DNA of 64,000 bases, from the NCBI GenBank assembly GCA_019694875.1, contig JAIBBC010000003.1, positions 548,469 through 612,468 of the forward strand, written 5' to 3'. A model generated the notes under the pieces. That model was not told the origin of the DNA. It saw nothing but the letters and a program-made list of their open reading frames with translations, and did no database searches. This document shows, piece by piece, positions 25,848 to 34,398 of the stretch (position 1 is the stretch's first letter; every line of letters begins with the position of its first letter). The DNA is from Cyclobacteriaceae bacterium. Lineage in GTDB: Bacteria > Bacteroidota > Bacteroidia > Cytophagales > Cyclobacteriaceae. Position numbers and translations under genes: made by a program.

Positions 25848-28521
25848 GTTTTAGCGTATCGGCCGGTTGCGCAGAAGCAGTTTTTATTGTCTGGTAGCTG
25901 ATCGTAATCATCGCCACGAGCAGTGAAATCAATCCCGCGAACGCGAAATGTTCCCAGCCAATAGCGATGCGATATTCAAACGACTTGAGCCATTGAACCA
26001 TCAGGTACCAGGTGATCGGCACCGAAAGCAACAATGCCACTCCAACCAGGTACAGGTATTCTTTCGACAATAGCAACAATAGAGATTGCTGCGGAGCTCC
26101 CAATACTTTCCGGATGCTGATTTCTTTTGTGCGGTTTTGCATAGACAACGAAGCGAGTCCATACAAACCAAGACTTCCAATTACAATAGCAAGCACCGTG
26201 GCGATGTCGATGATTTTACCGAGGTTAAGATCACTCTTGTATTGAGCAGCCAGCGCCTGATCAACAAATGTGAAGGTGAATTCCTCTCCTCCTGTAAGTT
26301 TATTCCAGACATCATTCACCTGCGAGATGGTGGCCGGCATATTACCAGGTTTGATGCGCACAATCACTTTTGGAATTGGTGAGTTCTCAAAATTGATGTT
26401 CTCCATACCGATCGCGATAATCAGCGGATCCATAACCATAACCAACGGCTCTACGCGTGTGTAGAGTGAAGAATAATTAAAATCCTTTACCACACCAATA
26501 ACCTCATGATCTGCAAAATTCTTTCCCAGAATACGCTGGCCTAAGGGGCTTTTCCAACCCATCTCCTTTGCAAAAGTTTCGTTGATAATTATCCCCCTCC
26601 GCGCATCAGCCGGGTTGTTGATATCGAAGTTTCGCCCTGAGGCAAACTCCATCTTCAGTACGTCGAAGAAATCAGGGTCAACTACATTCAGAAAAAAGGT
26701 TCGATAGGTTCCGTTATCATCTGTATAGCCAATGTTTGTCCAGGCGCCATTTCCAAAATCGTGTGCCGATCCGCAAACTCCCGAAACATCCGAAAGGCGC
26801 GAAAGTTCATTCTTAAATTGCTGTACTTTTTCGAACCCAGCCTTCAAACGTTCATCGAGCCGTCCCGCCCGCGGCACATTCAATTGTAGGACAGCGAGTT
26901 GCTCTTTATTGAAACCAAGGTTTTTACTTTGAAGATATTCCAGTTGTTGTCGCATAATCAGTGTACTGGAGATCAGAAAAACAGAGAGCACCAATTGCAC
27001 CGCTACCAGTGCCCTGCGCAGACCCTGTCTGTTGTTAACGCCTGTTAACGAACCTTTGAGTACGGCAATCGGATTAAAGTTCGACAGCACGAATGCCGGG
27101 TAACTTCCGGCAAACAGGCCTATTATTGTAGTCAAGCCAAATGCCAGCAACAGCATGAAGTTGTCAGGGGCAAGTGAGAGGTTCTTTCCAGACAGTTCAT
27201 TAAATAGCGGTAAGCCGATTACGGCAAGCAGCAATCCTGTGATCATCGATATCACAGTTACGAGAACTGCTTCACCAACAAATTGCGAGATCAGTTGCTT
27301 GCGTGCTGCACCCACCACTTTGCGAATACCAACCTCTTTTGCACGTTTTATGGATCTGCCGACCGATAACGTAACGAAGTTGATGCAGGCCACGAACAAA
27401 ATCAGCAACGATGCAGCCGCAAGAATATAGGCATATCGCGGATTGCTAACCGGTGCGATGCCCGCGGGCACTTCATTGTTGAGATGGATATCCGTGATGA
27501 GTTGAAGACCCACGCTATAATGACTTTCATTAAACTGTTCTTCGCCCAGAACAGTACGGAAAACACCTCCAAACTTTGATTGAAGATCGACAGGATTCAC
27601 GCCATTTTTCAGCAATACATATGTTTCCGGGGTTACCGAAAACCAGCCGGAGGTTAGTGTACGTTCGTTGTAGATTTTCGGGTAAATCAGCTCAGACGCG
27701 ATAAGGCTATATTGAATGCTGGAATTGATTGGGGGGTTTTCAATAACCGCTTTTACCAAAAACTCTTCCGGTTTGTTAGTAAGCTGAAGCGAAATTGTTT
27801 TATTTACAGGATTTGCATCACCGAAATATTTACGCGCAAGATCTTCGCTGATAATGATGCCTGACGGATCTTCAAGTGCTTTGGTTATATCACCGGATAT
27901 CACTTGAAAATCGAACACCTTAAAAAAATCGCGTCCCACTGCTGTAACAGTCTCCGAGAACTGTTTGTCGTTGATCTTAACCGCACCCGAAACCGGAACA
28001 ACACGAACCTGAGATTCAATCTGCGGGAAGTTTTCCTTTAGAACCGGACCGAGCGGAAATGGTGTTACCGTATTAAAGAACTGCTGATTGTCGCCATAGT
28101 CTTCCTTTACATATGCACGATAAATGCGATTTGCTTTTGAATGAAAAGTATCAAACGTCCACTCGTCTTTTACAAACAGGGCAATCAGTAAACAACATGT
28201 AATACCCAGACTTAGGCCAGTGACGTTTATAAACGAATGTGCCTTGCTTCGCCAAAGCGAGCGAAAAGCTACGGTGGTATAATTTCTTAACATCATGGAG
28301 TTTAGTAGTTTAATCCCGAATTTGTTACGAAGAATAATAGCCGGCCTGAAAAACATGATCACATTCCAAGTCAATCGCAGTTTGGCTCTTCCAATGCCGT
28401 CAAGCTGAACATCGTTCTCAAATGCTTCCTTCAAATCGCCCTCGATGCCTTCGTACAACGCGGGCGGGCAAAACCATTCGAGAAACCGAAAGGCAAATTT
28501 TGGAGGAGCGTTTATTTTCAT
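25840..28521 (-). CDS. Duplicated FtsX/MacB-like permease with N-terminal 'permease prefix' domain (paralogue)
   Basis: 893 aa with the same architecture and the identical FLEWFCPPALYEGIEGDL block. The ATG lies 4 nt after the padR stop. Confidence 0.85.
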   Translation of the reverse strand: MKINAPPKFAFRFLEWFCPPALYEGIEGDLKEAFENDVQLDGIGRAKLRLTWNVIMFFRPAIILRNKFGIKLLNSMMLRNYTTVAFRSLWRSKAHSFINVTGLSLGITCCLLIALFVKDEWTFDTFHSKANRIYRAYVKEDYGDNQQFFNTVTPFPLGPVLKENFPQIESQVRVVPVSGAVKINDKQFSETVTAVGRDFFKVFDFQVISGDITKALEDPSGIIISEDLARKYFGDANPVNKTISLQLTNKPEEFLVKAVIENPPINSSIQYSLIASELIYPKIYNERTLTSGWFSVTPETYVLLKNGVNPVDLQSKFGGVFRTVLGEEQFNESHYSVGLQLITDIHLNNEVPAGIAPVSNPRYAYILAAASLLILFVACINFVTLSVGRSIKRAKEVGIRKVVGAARKQLISQFVGEAVLVTVISMITGLLLAVIGLPLFNELSGKNLSLAPDNFMLLLAFGLTTIIGLFAGSYPAFVLSNFNPIAVLKGSLTGVNNRQGLRRALVAVQLVLSVFLISSTLIMRQQLEYLQSKNLGFNKEQLAVLQLNVPRAGRLDERLKAGFEKVQQFKNELSRLSDVSGVCGSAHDFGNGAWTNIGYTDDNGTYRTFFLNVVDPDFFDVLKMEFASGRNFDINNPADARRGIIINETFAKEMGWKSPLGQRILGKNFADHEVIGVVKDFNYSSLYTRVEPLVMVMDPLIIAIGMENINFENSPIPKVIVRIKPGNMPATISQVNDVWNKLTGGEEFTFTFVDQALAAQYKSDLNLGKIIDIATVLAIVIGSLGLYGLASLSMQNRTKEISIRKVLGAPQQSLLLLLSKEYLYLVGVALLLSVPITWYLMVQWLKSFEYRIAIGWEHFAFAGLISLLVAMITISYQTIKTASAQPADTLKHE

Positions 28522-28525
28522 TTTG

Positions 28526-28858
28526 TTACATACCGATCATTTTCAATTGCGGAATCAGTTTCCAAAGATCCATGCGTGATTCTTTCATGGCACGAAGCAT
28601 AGCCAATCCTGCATTGGTAACGGTGAAAATGCGTTTCCGTCTCCCACCCCGAACGTTGGTTGCACCACCCATTTTGGACTTTACAAACCCTTTGTCTTCC
28701 AGGCGGTACAGCGTAACATGAACCGCACTGAGGTTCACATCCCGCCCTACACGGGTTTTTATCTCGTTGACAATGGCGTTACCATAAGCCTCATCCTGCA
28801 GAATGCCGGCCATGGTGAGCACCAGTTCTTCAAATTCACCCAGGAATTCCTTGCTCAT
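28526..28858 (-). CDS. PadR family transcriptional regulator
   Basis: Start set at the ATG giving MSKEFLGEFEELVL. Winged-helix motif YGNAIVNEIKTRVGRDVNLSAVHVTLYRLEDKGFV. Confidence 0.85.
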   Translation of the reverse strand: MSKEFLGEFEELVLTMAGILQDEAYGNAIVNEIKTRVGRDVNLSAVHVTLYRLEDKGFVKSKMGGATNVRGGRRKRIFTVTNAGLAMLRAMKESRMDLWKLIPQLKMIGM

Positions 28859-28862
28859 ATTT

Positions 28863-28888
28863 GTATATGTTTTGTAAAACAAATATAC
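28863..28888. promoter_or_regulatory. Near-palindromic operator candidate GTATAT-GTTTT-GT-AAAAC-AA-ATATAC overlapping a -7 box (minus-strand TATATTTG, 28880-28887)
   Basis: Nested inverted repeat read from the sequence, 5-30 nt upstream of the padR ATG. The minus strand contains an exact TAnnTTTG. Confidence 0.45.
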
Positions 28889-29065
28889 GGAGCGATCCGG
28901 CCATTAGTTACTATTTTGTAAAACTTATTAATAGCAGGATGGCCTGATTAGCCGGAAAGTTGAAGTGAGTTGCAGAAAAATTGTGCTGAGTTTTTTCAAG
29001 AATTCTCCGGAAGAGCATAAAAAAAGCTCCGCGAGGGAGCTTTCTTGTTTTCGAGACCGGATATT

Positions 29066-29502
29066 TTACATCATCGCTGCTGCCAATCCACCGAATATCA
29101 ACGCAATGGCGTAGAGTCCCAGTACAATAATCAGCAGAATACCCATGAATTTATAGTGTGACTTCAGGTTGCTGAATGCCTGCTCCAACAGCTCAGAACT
29201 TTGAGTTTGCAGCGCGGCTTTTATCTTCGATGAAAACTGAAATAGATAATAAATAGGAAAAAAATACAGTACAGCCATCGCAAGGTACAGTACCGTAAGA
29301 AATGCACCGCCCATCATAGCCATTCCACTGGCTTCCATAGCAGCACCAAGAATTGAGCCCGCGAACAATGCAAAATTACCAACAATCCCAGAAATACGAA
29401 TCCAACAATAGAGATGAATTTTGTCCAGCCGGCTGATTCTTTCAGGAACATCTTTGCTCCTGTTGTCAGGGAAAGATCATTGTTTTCAATTTGATCAATC
29501 AT
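29066..29502 (-). pseudogene. Small membrane protein (DUF5362-like) split by a frameshift at an A4/T4 run
   Basis: Track ORFs 29314..29502 and 29066..29368 overlap in different frames. Joined near 29372-29375 (aaaa) they read ...WTKFISIVGFVFLGLLVI / ALFAGSILGAAMEASG...LYFFPIYYLFQFS... as one ~147-aa protein. Confidence 0.55.
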
Positions 29503-29578
29503 AGTTTAAGAGTTTAGCGTGGTTTTACAAGGTTTAGGCTATGAAATTAACGCTAAACCGCCAACCCTCAAAATATAT

Positions 29579-30799
29579 TTATTCGTGGCGGATAGCTTCC
29601 ACCGGGTCAAGTCGCGATGCACGCACTGCAGGATAAGTTCCGAACACAATTCCCACGATGATGGCGATAATAGCGATCAGGAAAAAAGTATCGAACGTGT
29701 ACGCAGCCTGGAAGGGGATTTTAGTAATCGCCTTAACAATCGGAATGGCCGCCATCGTAAACAATGTGCCGAAGATTAATCCGAGCACGCTGCCAAAGGC
29801 GGAAACTGTAACAGATTCCGACAGAAATAACAAAATGATGTCGCGCCTGTTGGCTCCAACGGCCTTGCGAATTCCAATTTCCGTAGTGCGCTCCGTTACC
29901 GAGATCAGCAATACGTTCATCACCCCTACTCCACCCACCACAACCGAAATCCCGACAATCAGGCCCATAATGATCTTGAATAACAGAAATCCCTGCGCTG
30001 CCTGCTGAATACGGAAATCGTTGGTTAGCAACGTAAAATCATCCTTTGCGCTGAGGTACGTTTTAGTAAGCCATGCTGTAATCTCTTCTTTCAGTTTTGT
30101 TATGTCTTCTGTTTTTTCAGCATCCAGAAACACCTCAGGAATGTTTCGGTAGAGTTGTTCGGGCGTCAGCAACGAAACCGGGAAATAAATTTGAGGCGTT
30201 GTATTCTTCGACTCAGCCGTGACACCGATAATCTTTAGTGTCAGGCCGTTGTACCGCACTTTTTTACCTATCAATAATTGATCGTCTTGTATTTTTGCAG
30301 CGCGTGCGAATGCACGGTTCACGATTGCAACCGAATCCCTTCGTTCACAGTGCGCAGCCGAAAATAATTCGCCCGTAAACTTCGCGGAGTCGCTCCATAC
30401 CTTCCCGGATATCGCCCAGCCATAGGCGGGAACGCGCAGCGTATCAAGCTTCACTTCACCCGAAAAAGAAGTTACCCGCATGTGCGGAGTTACCGGCTTG
30501 CTCAATGATTTCTTCAACGAAACCAGGTGATCGTAATCGACTATCGAAAAAGTATCTTTTCGCAACGTCACTCCATTCACCGTTCGATGCGCATTGGTTT
30601 TGATGATGATTGCATTCAGCGAAGTGGTTTGCATGATCTGGTCGCGAGCAAATTCTTCCATGCCATCGATGAGTGACAGGATCGATACCAGTGCCCCTAC
30701 CCCGATGACAATTCCCAATACGGAAAGAAACGTGTGGAAGAGATTAGAGCGGATATTTTGAAACGCCAGCAGAAACGATTGTAAAATTCTTCTAACCAT
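29579..30799 (-). CDS. FtsX/MacB-type ABC permease, single module
   Basis: ~406 aa from the ATG (MVRRILQSF). The track start at 30814 is a TTG. N-terminal TM, periplasmic domain, and a C-terminal FtsX 3-TM bundle with TTEIGIRKAVGA. No adjacent ATPase. Confidence 0.8.
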   Translation of the reverse strand: MVRRILQSFLLAFQNIRSNLFHTFLSVLGIVIGVGALVSILSLIDGMEEFARDQIMQTTSLNAIIIKTNAHRTVNGVTLRKDTFSIVDYDHLVSLKKSLSKPVTPHMRVTSFSGEVKLDTLRVPAYGWAISGKVWSDSAKFTGELFSAAHCERRDSVAIVNRAFARAAKIQDDQLLIGKKVRYNGLTLKIIGVTAESKNTTPQIYFPVSLLTPEQLYRNIPEVFLDAEKTEDITKLKEEITAWLTKTYLSAKDDFTLLTNDFRIQQAAQGFLLFKIIMGLIVGISVVVGGVGVMNVLLISVTERTTEIGIRKAVGANRRDIILLFLSESVTVSAFGSVLGLIFGTLFTMAAIPIVKAITKIPFQAAYTFDTFFLIAIIAIIVGIVFGTYPAVRASRLDPVEAIRHE

Positions 30800-30952
30800 A
30801 GGTGCGAAAAACAAAAGACTGACTTCTTAATCTTTTGTTACACCTTCAAGATGGCATTTTTTTCCGGAAGGGAACAGTTTCACAGAATGTTCACAAACTC
30901 CTTCCAGTGAAGGATGAATTCTTCTTCGGTTACGCCCAGCTTTTGAAGCACT

Positions 30953-31654
30953 TCAGCTTTCGTAGTGAGTTAATAAATTCAAAAGCACCGGCCTCCCGAA
31001 TTTCTTGTCGATGAACAAAACAGTCGATCCGGCCAGGCCGTACTTTAGCTTGCCTGTCCAGAAGGCATCCAAAGAAGTTGGCAGTTTCTGATTAATTGAT
31101 TCTTTTAAGCCCTGAATTCTGGCCGTGTCGAGTTGGCCCGAGGCATAGGTTGCGAAACCCTCTACCAGCCAGTCCAAACCGGCAACGTTGTTAAAATCAT
31201 TACCCGGATTTACCTGAGCGTGATATACATGAAATAACTCATGCGCAATGACCTGCCTTGTTTTAAGCTTATCGGCAAACGAATGCTCACACGCCTGATC
31301 TTTCCATACGCGTGGTGCCAGAAGATCTATCTTTCCCGAAATACCGCTAGCTACCATCCAGCATTCTGATTTAAAATCATCAACACCCCAATCTTTTTGC
31401 CACTGTGTATCGAGTGATTTCCGGTCGGGATGCACATAAACATGAAAACGCCTGGAAAATGAGTGACCGGTAAACTTCTCCACCGAATCGATACCGGATG
31501 AAATCATTGTGGCATATTCGTTTTTGAACGACACATCAGCCGCAGTGTATAATAAATCGAACTGATTAAACTTCTCAGTTTGCCATGGTTCGTTGACCAG
31601 CAAAAAGGTAAAAATCAAACAGCTTAATATTCTCATAGCCATCAGACGCAGCAT
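30953..31654 (-). CDS. Secreted HExxH-motif protein (putative zinc metallopeptidase-like, uncharacterised)
   Basis: 233 aa with three in-frame ATGs at the 5' end, a hydrophobic leader, and an AHELFHVYH motif. The C-terminus may be truncated by a frameshift (see findings). Confidence 0.5.
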   Translation of the reverse strand: MLRLMAMRILSCLIFTFLLVNEPWQTEKFNQFDLLYTAADVSFKNEYATMISSGIDSVEKFTGHSFSRRFHVYVHPDRKSLDTQWQKDWGVDDFKSECWMVASGISGKIDLLAPRVWKDQACEHSFADKLKTRQVIAHELFHVYHAQVNPGNDFNNVAGLDWLVEGFATYASGQLDTARIQGLKESINQKLPTSLDAFWTGKLKYGLAGSTVLFIDKKFGRPVLLNLLTHYES

Positions 31655-31670
31655 GGCCGCATCACGTTAC

Positions 31671-31699
31671 AAAAAAAAAGCGGAGGCCGAAGCCTCCGC
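31671..31699 (-). terminator. Strong rho-independent terminator after the DUF2911 gene
   Basis: The minus strand reads GCGGAGGC-UUCG-GCCUCCGC followed by UUUUUUUUU. Confidence 0.8.
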
Positions 31700-31739
31700 A
31701 CACCACAGGTTAGGATGAAAAATATGAAAAAAAACAACC

Positions 31740-32816
31740 TTAAATCGCTCCTAACTGCCTTAGATATTTTTCAGAGTTCAACCGAACGTTGTCCGGTGGA
31801 TTCAGGGTCAATGACTTTTTGAAGCTTTTGATTGCATTGGCTTTATCGCCCTTCAATGCATATGCTTCACCGAGGCTATCCCACGCATTGGCACTTTTCG
31901 GGAAACGCTGGGTAACGAGTGCAAGCACTTCAATGGATTTGTCGTTGTTGCCTTCCGCGATAAGCTGATAACCATACACATTAAGTTCAGCTTCGGTGGC
32001 AATCGCCATGGCATCGGTCATGATCTTGTCAGCCTCGGCTGCTTTACCGGTTTGCCTGAGCAGGCCGGCTTTAATGTTTAGTGCCTGGAATGTTTTGTTA
32101 TTCTGAATCACCTGATCGATCCAGCCAATTGCCTGCTCTTGGTTTACATTGTTTGCCAGGGCATAGTTTGCTGCAGTAATGCGACCTTGCGGAGAAAAAC
32201 CACGCTGCCCCTTCAATTCCTGCGCGGCATTCTTCATCACGATATCGTCAACCGCGAACTCAACTTTAACCGGGAATTGTTTTTTTTCCCAATTGAGCAC
32301 GAGTTCGGTTCCGTTTTTTGTAATGTTGGTGAAGTCGTACGTAAGTGACTCAACATGTGGAATATCGCGCAGTTGAATTTTTGCACGCATCTGATCTGCC
32401 TTGGCATCGTAGAAGAAACTTCCCCAGGCCTGGTATTCCTTTGACAGCACAACTTCTCCTGTATTGTCTTTATTGATTACAAAGAACAAACCGTACGAAC
32501 CCGCAGGCACAAGCTGCCCCTCGATTTTGGCCGGATGCGAGAGCGTTAACACGGTGTTCTCGTTTGCGCCTGCGCGCCACGGAGCTGAGTTTTGCAAGCC
32601 GAACGGATCAACGTTCCATCCGTACGGAACAAGTTTACCCCATACTTCCCGTCCGTTAACTTTCGGGCGGGAATAGTTTACACTAACGGTAGAGATGCCG
32701 ATCGTTTGTGTTACAGACGCAGCCGGACTCGGAGTTCGCGGCAGCGTAACCTGGGCCTCCACTACGAATGTGGCAAGCAGGAAGGCCGTTAGCTGAAGTA
32801 CAAAAATTCTTTTCAT
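31740..32816 (-). CDS. DUF2911 domain protein with C-terminal TPR repeats
   Basis: ATG start MKRIFVLQL (signal peptide). SVNYSRPKVNGREVWGKLVPYGW...WRAGANENT is DUF2911-like. The C-terminus shows the TPR pattern (AWDSLGEAYALKGDKANAIKSFKKSLTLNP). Confidence 0.65.
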   Translation of the reverse strand: MKRIFVLQLTAFLLATFVVEAQVTLPRTPSPAASVTQTIGISTVSVNYSRPKVNGREVWGKLVPYGWNVDPFGLQNSAPWRAGANENTVLTLSHPAKIEGQLVPAGSYGLFFVINKDNTGEVVLSKEYQAWGSFFYDAKADQMRAKIQLRDIPHVESLTYDFTNITKNGTELVLNWEKKQFPVKVEFAVDDIVMKNAAQELKGQRGFSPQGRITAANYALANNVNQEQAIGWIDQVIQNNKTFQALNIKAGLLRQTGKAAEADKIMTDAMAIATEAELNVYGYQLIAEGNNDKSIEVLALVTQRFPKSANAWDSLGEAYALKGDKANAIKSFKKSLTLNPPDNVRLNSEKYLRQLGAI

Positions 32817-32904
32817 GATGCTGGTTGGATTATACACCAATATTACCAGCCCCTGAAAATCAGGACAATACCGAGAAGTGGGTGATTTATGAGAACGGCA
32901 CTAT

Positions 32905-33363
32905 TTACTTTTTGGATATGACCGCGGTAGCCTCTATTTCCAGCAGAAACTCATCGCGGAACAGGTCGCTTACTTCCACTAGCGTGCTGGCCGGTGGCGT
33001 TGCCGTATTGACATACCGGTCGCGAACCTCGCGAACCTTAACAATATTGGAAACATCGCGCAGGTAAAACGTAAGCTTGACGACATCATTCATTGTTCCG
33101 CCTGAACTCTCCACGATCGTTCTGATATTTTTGAAAACCTGATCGGCCTGTTGCTCAAAGTTATTCAACCCGACAACCTTTCCTTCTGCATCCAGCGCAA
33201 CCTGACCGGAGATGATCAGCATTTTACTTTTTCCGAGATCAATTTCTGCTGCGTGAGAATAACCTTTCGGTTTCGCTACACCTTCCGGGTTCTTCAATAT
33301 CACGTTCTGAGAAAAACCACTTAAACAAAGTAAAAGAAGAATTACGGATAGAAGAAGTTTCAT
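32905..33363 (-). CDS. RidA/YjgF/UK114 family protein with an N-terminal signal peptide
   Basis: 152 aa. MKLLLSVILLLLCLSGFSQ leader, then a RidA core (GYSHAAE..ISGQVALD..QQADQVFKNI..VKLTFYL..PASTLVEV..LLEIEA). Confidence 0.75.
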   Translation of the reverse strand: MKLLLSVILLLLCLSGFSQNVILKNPEGVAKPKGYSHAAEIDLGKSKMLIISGQVALDAEGKVVGLNNFEQQADQVFKNIRTIVESSGGTMNDVVKLTFYLRDVSNIVKVREVRDRYVNTATPPASTLVEVSDLFRDEFLLEIEATAVISKK

Positions 33364-33382
33364 AGGTACTGACGTTTTCAGG

Positions 33383-33979
33383 TTAATGATTGAACTGTTT
33401 CCGCAGAAAGGTTAGTGGATCATAAAAATACTTATCCAGATCGCTTTTGGAATAGCATACTAGCGAATAGGAGTTAAAAAGACGCTGAGGCTTAGCCGGA
33501 TCGAACTTCAAAGGTATCGGTGCGACTTTCAAAATCTCGAAATGAAAGTGATCGAACTGCCAACCATATTTATTCAACTCTTCCTTATTCATGAATCGTG
33601 CAATTGGCCTGGCTGGCGTTACCCGGTCATGAACAGAAACGTTTAGTCCGGCAATGTGTTCATAAACCGTCCAGAATCTTAATTTTCCAACCTGATGTTC
33701 GATGATCAGTTGCGCATACGCACCATCGTCACGCTTGCTGATTACAGTTCCTTCCGCTACTGCAAATATTGGCTCATTAACATAATTCTGATGGGGCCGT
33801 TTGATATCAATACCTGTATGGAGGTGTGCCGGAACTGTTGGGCGAGCCCTTCGTGGAATGGCGAACTTACCAATCTCAGTCAACTCTACCCTTTCAATCG
33901 TCTTTCGGTCATCCGTACGAATCGGCAGAAAAATCTCAATCGAAAAAACGCTAACAAGTACAAAGAATTGCCATGACAT
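33383..33979 (-). CDS. M23 (LytM-type) metallopeptidase family protein
   Basis: HTGIDI and HFHFE zinc-ligand motifs, 198 aa. Confidence 0.7.
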   Translation of the reverse strand: MSWQFFVLVSVFSIEIFLPIRTDDRKTIERVELTEIGKFAIPRRARPTVPAHLHTGIDIKRPHQNYVNEPIFAVAEGTVISKRDDGAYAQLIIEHQVGKLRFWTVYEHIAGLNVSVHDRVTPARPIARFMNKEELNKYGWQFDHFHFEILKVAPIPLKFDPAKPQRLFNSYSLVCYSKSDLDKYFYDPLTFLRKQFNH

Positions 33980-33984
33980 CGCCT

Positions 33985-34167
33985 CTAAAAACTAAAACGT
34001 TCATGACAAACATGTGTTGTCCTGGTCGTTTCTTTTCCATTCTTCCCTATGATACGCTCAACTTTTATATCACATTCCGCGTGATCGTTATTGTAGTAGA
34101 TAAATAAGTTTATACTAAACACTACTACCAGTATTGCAAGTATTGAAGCAAATCTTTTTATAGACAT
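33985..34167 (-). CDS. Small membrane-anchored hypothetical protein
   Basis: 60 aa with one TM (FASILAILVVVFSINLFIYY), 5 nt upstream of the M23 gene. Support comes only from operon position. Confidence 0.35.
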   Translation of the reverse strand: MSIKRFASILAILVVVFSINLFIYYNNDHAECDIKVERIIGKNGKETTRTTHVCHERFSF

Positions 34168-34196
34168 ATTTTATCTTAAGAAAATACAATCATAAA

Positions 34197-34394
34197 CTAC
34201 CAATCCAGAAAATCCTTCAGCTTGGGGTGCGTTAACAGCTTCCCGATAATCCAGCATAAGCCTACGGTCTGAAGGACTGCACCAATTACCAACAGTTGAT
34301 CAGCAAATGGCAGGTGCAATATTTTCATTAGTGCGCCAAAAAGATCGACTAAAATGCCGACTAAATAAACGACTAATGCGTAACGTAATGTCAT
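34197..34394 (-). CDS. Small two-TM membrane protein (KILHLP motif reminiscent of the GldL N-terminal hairpin)
   Basis: 65 aa with two hydrophobic helices, starting 4 nt after the S9 peptidase stop. Confidence 0.4.
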   Translation of the reverse strand: MTLRYALVVYLVGILVDLFGALMKILHLPFADQLLVIGAVLQTVGLCWIIGKLLTHPKLKDFLDW

Positions 34395-34398
34395 ATCT

